From a virus (Duplodnaviria; Heunggongvirae; Uroviricota; Caudoviricetes), in IMG/VR virus record IMGVR_UViG_2778261644_000002: DNA of 4,856 nucleotides; one strand, 5' to 3'. Position numbers and translations under genes: made by a program. The notes under the pieces are model-generated. The model was not told where the DNA came from. It worked only from the letters and a program-made list of their open reading frames with translations, and did no database searches. Shown here piece by piece: positions 1-4,856 of the stretch. The first letter of the stretch is position 1; each line of letters begins with the position of its first letter.

Positions 1-3000
1 GTCATAAATCCTGACGGTAATGGTCCCTGATGGCCACCGCTCCGGTGCCCGGGAGTCCCGCGGGAAAGCCTTACCCACTGTTTTGACAATATCGCCTTCA
101 ATCTGGTTGGCTGACAGTTTCCCTTTAATCTGACAGTTCTCATTTATCGTAACGTTGTTGAGCGTCCCGGCGTTCGCATTCACACTGCCACTGATATCTG
201 CATTTTTAGCGGTCAGCTTTCCGTCCGGTGTCAGGGAAAATGCCGGTGGATTTCCACCGCTGGTAATGGTGGGAGCCGTCAGGCGTTTCAGGAACACGTC
301 GTTCATGAATATCTGATCGCCCTGACCAACAAACATCGGTTTTGTGTTGCCATTCGCAGGATTAACCATCGCAATCCTGTCCGCCGCCAGCAGCACCTGA
401 CTCTGCATGCCGTCAGGGGTGTTCTCAATACCGGCACCAATACCCGCGATATAAAGGCGTCCGTCCTGCATCTGCTGCAGCTTCACAGCCCACATGCTGT
501 TCAGGTTATTATTTGTATCAACCTGAACCTTCTGTATCTGCTGAATTGCCGCACTCTGGTCTTCCAGTTTCTTATTGACGGTCTGCGTGATTTCATTGCT
601 GACATCCGTAATGGACGTCCTGATTTCAGCCAGGTCAGGCGCAAGCTGACCGTTATCAATCTGCGTCCACAGCTCCTGAGCCAGATGGGTTTTCCCTATC
701 TCGCCTTTGAAAAAATCCAGATAGCCGGATGCATCATCGCTCGCCCGACCGACGGCCTCCACAAATGCCGATTTGCCTACGGTGTTCACACTGCGGATAT
801 AAAAGTAATAATCATGGCCCGGTTTGATATTGATACTGGCGGCTATCCAGTACAGCGCCGTACCAAGATAGCGGGCTGTGGTTTCAACCTGCCTGATATC
901 CGCAATCCGCTTTTCCGAGAACCAGAACTCAAACTGTACCGTCGGATCATAAACCGCAAGATGCGGCGTGGCGGTTATCTGAAAATAGCCCGGTGTCAGC
1001 TCAATCCGAGACGGCGCTGCCGGTGCGGCAATCCGGAACGATACCGATGCCGGATCGCCCTGCTGTCCCCATGCATTTACCGCCCGGACTGTCAGCCTGT
1101 AGTTCCCCAACGCCAGTTGTGTGAAGCGGTATGTGGTTTCCGTCGTCCGGGCCGTGCTGACCAGCCGCTCACTGCCGTCGTCCGCTGTTACGGTCAGACG
1201 GAGCAGGAAGCTCACGCCCTTCACCACCTTCGGTGTGTCCCAGCGCGCCAGCACCTGATATTCCCCGCTGTCTGCAGTGACTTCTGCGGTCAGGTGCTGC
1301 ACCGCTGGCGGCGTGACACCGTTCACCGTGCCACTCTGTTCGCCGTCAAAGTGCGCCCCGTTATCCACGATGGCCTCTTTTTCCGGCACATGCTGCACGG
1401 CGGTGATGGCATACGTACCGTCATCGTTCTCACGGATACTCACACAGCGGAACAGGCGCTGGCGCAGCGTCGGCAGCTTCAGCCCCCACACGCTGTATCC
1501 GGCAACGCCGTCAGGAACACGGCTCACTTTCACCTTAAGTCCGTCGGTGACGGACTGAACCTCCACGCTGACCGGATTACCACTTCCGTCAACCAGGCTT
1601 ATCAGCGTGGTACCGGAGGATGGCAGCGTGATTTCACGGTCGAGCGTCAGCGTCCGGGTCTGGCTGTTCACCGCCAGCACGCGACCACCGGTGCTGATAC
1701 CGGCATAGTCATCATCGCAGATTTCAATGACATCGCCCGGTACATGGCGAAGCCCTTCAGCACCCACGCTGAAATCCACGGTCTGCGTCTCCAGCAGTTC
1801 CGTTTTAATCAGCCACAGCCCGGCGCGGTGTGCCTGCCCCCGGCTGGTACAGCCAAAGGCATCCATCTTCGTGACATTACGACCGTAACGGGCAATGGCC
1901 TGCGTATCTTCAACAAGCTCTGTCGCCGTCTCCCAGCCGTTGTCCGGGTCAATCCAGTTCACCTCAACGGCATTATGGCGGTCCTTCAGGGCGCTGAAGC
2001 TGTAGCGGAACGGCGCGCCATCATCCGGCATCACCACATTACTGCGGTTATAGGTCCACACCTTATCCGACGGTCGGTCCTGCACGAACGTCAGCGTCTG
2101 CCCGTTCCATACCGGCATACAGCGCATCGCCGAGCAGAAATCACTGAGCACATCCCACGCCTTGCGCTGTGTGGTCAGGTACGCATTACAGGTGATGCGC
2201 GGCTCCGTGCCGCCAAAGCCGTCCGGCACTGACTGGTCGCAGTACTGGCCGATGACATACAGCGCCCATTTGTCCACATCCGCCGCACCAAGACGTTTCC
2301 CCATGCCGTAGCGTGGATGGGTCAGCATATCCCACAGACACCAGGCCATGTTATTGCTGTATGCTGGCTTAAACGTTCCGTCCCAGATACCGCTGTATTG
2401 CCGAGTCTGCGGGTTATAGTTCGACGGCACCTGCAGAATACGCCCGCGCAGATGATAATTACGGCTCACCTGCTGGCTGCCGAACTGCTCCGAATCCACC
2501 TGTACGCCGACCAGTGCCGTGTTCGGGTAGCACTGTTTCACATCGATGATTTCGGTGTATGACGACCAGAGCGTTTTGTTCTGCAGCTGGTCTGTGGTGC
2601 TGTCCGGCGTCATCCTGCGCATCCGGATATTGAACGGGCGCGGCGGCAGGTTATCCACCACCACCGAGGCCAGATACTGCGAGGTGGTTTTGCCCTTAAT
2701 GGTGATGTCTTTTTCCGTCACCCAGCCACCATTACGCTGTATCTGAACCAGCAGGCGGACTTCCGATGGATTCCTGTCCCCCTTTGAGGTGGTTTCCACC
2801 AGTGCCTGCACGCCGAAAGTAAAACGCAGACGGTCAATGTTTGCCGACGTGATGGTCCGGGTGATCGGCGTGTCATATTTCACTTCTGTACCGAGCACCG
2901 TCTCGGAGCCGGAGGATTCAAATCCCTCCGGCGGTGTCTGCTCCTGCTCACCGGCCCGGAACACCACCGTGACGCCGGATATATTGGTATTCCCCTCACT

Positions 3001-3162
3001 GTCCAGCACCGGCGTACTGTTCAGCAGCACGCTTTTTAATCCATCCACCGGACCTTCAACCGGCCCTTCGCTGATGGCATCGATCACACTCAGCAGCTGC
3101 GTGGACTTCAGGTTGTCCTTCGCTTCGCGCGGGGTATGCCCCTTACTGCTGCCTTTACCCAT
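1..3162 (-). CDS. J: Tail tip / host specificity protein J (central tail fibre), 3'-truncated by the window edge: codons 1-1054 present, C-terminal end of the receptor-binding region and the stop lie beyond position 1
   Basis: Minus-strand ATG at 3162 (complement of 'cat' 3160-3162) opens a frame translating [41 protein letters not shown]..., which I recognise as the lambda gpJ N-terminus. The frame stays open for 3162 nt (exactly 1054 codons) to position 1, ending ...[48 protein letters not shown] (hand translation). GGAG lies 8 nt upstream of the ATG. It follows I in the lambda gene order. The plus-strand 515-aa ORF at 685..2232 is its antisense shadow. Confidence 0.95.
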   Translation of the reverse strand, partial: MGKGSSKGHTPREAKDNLKSTQLLSVIDAISEGPVEGPVDGLKSVLLNSTPVLDSEGNTNISGVTVVFRAGEQEQTPPEGFESSGSETVLGTEVKYDTPITRTITSANIDRLRFTFGVQALVETTSKGDRNPSEVRLLVQIQRNGGWVTEKDITIKGKTTSQYLASVVVDNLPPRPFNIRMRRMTPDSTTDQLQNKTLWSSYTEIIDVKQCYPNTALVGVQVDSEQFGSQQVSRNYHLRGRILQVPSNYNPQTRQYSGIWDGTFKPAYSNNMAWCLWDMLTHPRYGMGKRLGAADVDKWALYVIGQYCDQSVPDGFGGTEPRITCNAYLTTQRKAWDVLSDFCSAMRCMPVWNGQTLTFVQDRPSDKVWTYNRSNVVMPDDGAPFRYSFSALKDRHNAVEVNWIDPDNGWETATELVEDTQAIARYGRNVTKMDAFGCTSRGQAHRAGLWLIKTELLETQTVDFSVGAEGLRHVPGDVIEICDDDYAGISTGGRVLAVNSQTRTLTLDREITLPSSGTTLISLVDGSGNPVSVEVQSVTDGLKVKVSRVPDGVAGYSVWGLKLPTLRQRLFRCVSIRENDDGTYAITAVQHVPEKEAIVDNGAHFDGEQSGTVNGVTPPAVQHLTAEVTADSGEYQVLARWDTPKVVKGVSFLLRLTVTADDGSERLVSTARTTETTYRFTQLALGNYRLTVRAVNAWGQQGDPASVSFRIAAPAAPSRIELTPGYFQITATPHLAVYDPTVQFEFWFSEKRIADIRQVETTARYLGTALYWIAASINIKPGHDYYFYIRSVNTVGKSAFVEAVGRASDDASGYLDFFKGEIGKTHLAQELWTQIDNGQLAPDLAEIRTSITDVSNEITQTVNKKLEDQSAAIQQIQKVQVDTNNNLNSMWAVKLQQMQDGRLYIAGIGAGIENTPDGMQSQVLLAADRIAMVNPANGNTKPMFVGQGDQIFMNDVFLKRLTAPTITSGGNPPAFSLTPDGKLTAKNADISGSVNANAGTLNNVTINENCQIKGKLSANQIEGDIVKTVGKAFPRDSRAPERWPSGTITVRIYD

Positions 3163-3170
3163 TCGTCATG

Positions 3171-3174
3171 CTCC
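3171..3174 (-). promoter_or_regulatory. Shine-Dalgarno-like GGAG for J, 8 nt upstream of the J start codon
   Basis: Plus-strand 'ctcc' at 3171-3174 is GGAG on the coding strand; the 8-nt spacing to the ATG at 3162 is appropriate for an RBS. Confidence 0.5.
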
Positions 3175-3184
3175 ATAAACGATA

Positions 3185-3204
3185 AAACCGCCCGGAGGCG
3201 GTTT
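3185..3204 (-). other. Perfect 8-bp inverted repeat (stem-loop) in the 60-nt I-J spacer; possible RNA structural, attenuator or processing element
   Basis: Plus strand aaaccgcc-cgga-ggcggttt (3185-3192 pairs with 3197-3204, 4-nt loop). On the sense (minus) strand it reads AAACCGCC-uccg-GGCGGUUU followed by UAUCGUUUAU, immediately ahead of the J RBS. The GC-rich core is only 5 bp and the U-run lies partly within the stem, so it is at best a weak intrinsic-terminator-like hairpin. Confidence 0.3.
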
Positions 3205-3222
3205 CACATAAAACATTTTGCA

Positions 3223-3894
3223 TCAGCGACCAATCACCACAACCTGACCACCATCCCCTTCGTCTGCCGTGCTGATCTCCTGAGAAACCACCCGTGACCC
3301 CACGCGCATTTCACCGTACAGAACAGGCAGAACATTGCCCTGGGCAACCATGTTATCCAGTGAGGAGAAATAGGTGTTCTGCTTACCGTTATCCGTTGTC
3401 TGTGTACGGGGAGTTCTGACTTTCGGTGCCAGCATCTGCGCCACACCACCAAGTACCATACTGGCACCGAGAGAAAACAGGATACCGGTCATACCACCGG
3501 CCCCAATGGCTGCCCCCCATGCTGCAATGGTGGCTCCGGCAGTAAAAAATGATCCGGCAATGGCGGCAGCCCCCAGAACAATCTGGAATACGCCCCCTGA
3601 CTTGGCCCCGGCGACTCTGGGAACAATATGAATCACAGCGCCGTCAGGCAGAGTCTCATGTAACTGCGCCGTTAACCCGGACGTGCTGACGTCCCGCCCG
3701 GCAATCCGTACCTGATACCAGCCGTCGCTCAGTTTCTGACGAAACGCCGGGAGCTGTGTGGCCAGTGCGCGGATGGCTTCAGCCCCCGTTTTCACACGAA
3801 GGTCGATGCGGCGGCCAAATCGTTGCAAATCCCCGTAAAGGCAGATGCGTGCCATGCCCGGTGACGCCAGAGGGAGTGTGTGCGTCGCTGCCAT
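3223..3894 (-). CDS. I: Tail assembly protein I (223 aa): N-terminal ubiquitin-like domain ending in Gly-Gly, then a Gly/Ala-rich hydrophobic segment
   Basis: Complete minus-strand ORF, ATG at 3894 and TGA at 3223-3225, translating MAATHTLPLASPGMARICLYGDLQRFGRRIDLRVKTGAEAIRALATQLPAF..., recognised as lambda gpI. Its start lies 103 nt inside K in a different frame, as in lambda. A purine-rich GAGAGAGG sits about 11 nt upstream of the ATG. Confidence 0.95.
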   Translation of the reverse strand: MAATHTLPLASPGMARICLYGDLQRFGRRIDLRVKTGAEAIRALATQLPAFRQKLSDGWYQVRIAGRDVSTSGLTAQLHETLPDGAVIHIVPRVAGAKSGGVFQIVLGAAAIAGSFFTAGATIAAWGAAIGAGGMTGILFSLGASMVLGGVAQMLAPKVRTPRTQTTDNGKQNTYFSSLDNMVAQGNVLPVLYGEMRVGSRVVSQEISTADEGDGGQVVVIGR

Positions 3895-4535
3895 TTGTCG
3901 GTATACCTCTCTCGTTTGCTCAGTTGTTCAGGGATATGGTGCAGCAGCTCGCCATCACCACAGTAAATGGCGGCATGATTCGGCACCGATGAACCAAAAC
4001 AGCACAGCAGCACATCGCCCGGTTGTGCTGATGACAACGGCACCTGATACAGCCCTGTGGCCTCCAGATTATCCAGATAGAGATTCTGACCGTGACGCCA
4101 CCAGTCATCCCCGTGATGAAAATCCGGCATCTCAATCCCCGCCAGATGATAAGCATCCCGGAACAGCGTGTAACAGTCCGTCACCCCGTGCTCAAAGCGC
4201 CGCCCGGTGAGATGCGGCACACAGCGGAACTTATGAATCGTCCCCCGGCAGACCAGCCACCACGGCAAATCACTCTGCACCTGCAGCCGCCGGTCGGCCT
4301 CACTCAGCCAGGGCAGACCACCGGGGTGGCTGTGGACCAGCGCCATAATCTCACCCTGCATTTCTGCACTCAGCCAGTCTTCCGGCGACATACGGAAATA
4401 CGCCTCCGGCTCACCGGAGATATTCACGCAGGGGAAATATCTTTCCCCCTCCGGCGTGCTTACCACGAAGCCGCACGACTCCGCTGGCGCACATCGCCGG
4501 GCGTGCGCCAGAATCGCTGATTCTGTCTGTGTCAT
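3792..4535 (-). CDS. K: Tail tip assembly protein K, JAB/MPN (JAMM) metalloprotease-like domain fused to an NlpC/P60 (C40) peptidase-like domain. Longest ORF is 247 aa; the classically annotated lambda K start corresponds to the internal ATG at 4391 (199 aa, 3792..4391)
   Basis: Minus-strand ORF with stop at 3792. From the internal Met the product reads MSPEDWLSAEMQGEIMALVHSHPGGLPWLSEADRRLQ..., recognised as lambda gpK. The JAMM signature H-x-H-x7-S-x2-D is present (HSHPGGLPWLSEAD), and NlpC/P60-like Cys/His residues lie in the C-terminal half (TDCYTLF, NHAAIY, LLHH). The frame stays open 48 codons further upstream to an ATG at 4535, 5 nt after the L stop. The internal ATG at 4391 is preceded by GGAGG about 11 nt upstream. 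Confidence 0.9.
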   Translation of the reverse strand: MTQTESAILAHARRCAPAESCGFVVSTPEGERYFPCVNISGEPEAYFRMSPEDWLSAEMQGEIMALVHSHPGGLPWLSEADRRLQVQSDLPWWLVCRGTIHKFRCVPHLTGRRFEHGVTDCYTLFRDAYHLAGIEMPDFHHGDDWWRHGQNLYLDNLEATGLYQVPLSSAQPGDVLLCCFGSSVPNHAAIYCGDGELLHHIPEQLSKRERYTDKWQRRTHSLWRHRAWHASAFTGICNDLAAASTFV

Positions 4536-4540
4536 GGGAT

Positions 4541-4856
4541 TTACTGCGAAAGTTTGTTAATGGAAAGGAAGCCGCCAAAGTTGCCGACGTTATTGCGAAA
4601 CTTACAGCCACTCAGGCATTTGCTGCATTTATCCTTCGTGATATCGGACGTTGGCTGGTCATATTCATCCGCGACCGCCGGACCGTGATAACCGCACTCA
4701 TCGCCGCGATAGGTCCAGGTGCAGGTGTTGGCCAGCATGATACGTCCCGGAAAAACAGCGCCATCTGTTTCCGTCGGCGTGGACAGTACAAAGGAGGCAC
4801 TCACCGCGCTCAGTTCGCTGCACTGCTCGATGCGCCAGCGGCTGATCACCTCCTGC
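4541..4856 (-). CDS. L: Tail tip protein L, 5'-truncated by the window edge: C-terminal ~104 aa present, including the Cys-rich region
   Basis: Minus-strand frame open from the right window edge to TAA at 4541-4543, ending ...CSKCLSGCKFRNNVGNFGGFLSINKLSQ, which I recognise as the lambda gpL C-terminus. It sits immediately upstream of K, as in lambda. The Met at 4849 in the ORF track is internal; the true start is outside the window. Confidence 0.9.
   Translation of the reverse strand, partial: QEVISRWRIEQCSELSAVSASFVLSTPTETDGAVFPGRIMLANTCTWTYRGDECGYHGPAVADEYDQPTSDITKDKCSKCLSGCKFRNNVGNFGGFLSINKLSQ

Noticed and set aside
1277-1558. 93-aa plus-strand ORF
   Set aside because: Antisense to J; Ser/Thr/Cys-rich nonsense-like translation; nested in the larger antisense frame region.
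685-2232. 515-aa plus-strand ORF
   Set aside because: It lies entirely antisense to the J coding region, which has a confidently recognisable product. The translation is Arg/His/Cys-rich and low-complexity, typical of an antisense frame in GC-rich coding DNA, with no recognisable domain and no start context. Long stop-free antisense frames are expected opposite strongly codon-biased genes.
2317-3178. Plus-strand ORFs 2317..2562, 2546..2746 and 2789..3178
   Set aside because: All are antisense to the N-terminal third of J, with no recognisable products; the real gene on the opposite strand fully explains this DNA.
3160-3180. Upstream ATG 'ggagcATGacgaATGggt' just before the J start, as a possible alternative J start
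   Set aside because: The first ATG is out of frame with J and hits a stop after 4 codons (ATG ACG AAT GGG TAA). It is also only 1 nt from the GGAG, too close for initiation. The second ATG (3162) is the J start.
3234-3631. Minus ORF 3234..3467 and plus ORF 3374..3631 nested in I
   Set aside because: Alternative-frame or antisense ORFs inside the I gene; I in its own frame gives the recognisable ubiquitin-like tail assembly protein. No independent start signals.
3756-4520. Plus ORFs 3756..3992, 3845..4210 and 4092..4520, and minus ORF 3920..4156
   Set aside because: Antisense or out-of-frame relative to K and the K/I overlap; Arg/Pro-rich translations without recognisable motifs.
4411-4800. 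Minus ORFs 4411..4611 and 4612..4800
   Set aside because: Out-of-frame ORFs overlapping the 5' end of K and the L coding region on the same strand; the recognisable L and K frames take precedence.
1-4856. Possibility that the window encodes a novel defence or accessory system, as the prompt suggests
   Set aside because: Every gene-sized stretch is accounted for by lambda-type tail genes that I can recognise from their translations; I see no unexplained coding capacity, repeat array or mobile-element boundary.

Overview
This window is the tail-tip assembly / host-specificity module of a lambda-type siphovirus (coliphage lambda itself or a near-identical lambdoid prophage), presented as the reverse complement, so all real genes are on the minus strand. 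In transcription order (right to left in window coordinates) it holds the 3' part of L (tail tip protein with a C-terminal Cys cluster), K (JAB/MPN + NlpC/P60 protein), I (ubiquitin-like tail assembly protein, overlapping K out of frame by 103 nt) and the first 1054 codons of J (central tail fibre / host specificity protein), which runs off the left edge. Gene order, overlaps, the 60-nt I-J spacer and the translated proteins match the known lambda L-K-I-J arrangement as I recall it. I see no RNA genes, CRISPR arrays, insertion sequences or defence-system-like cargo. All plus-strand ORFs in the track are antisense artefacts of these densely packed genes. I do not find evidence of an undescribed system here. 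The points worth a second look are the probable upstream start of K that restores a complete JAMM motif, the K/I ubiquitin-like pair, the L Cys cluster, and a small hairpin in the I-J spacer.
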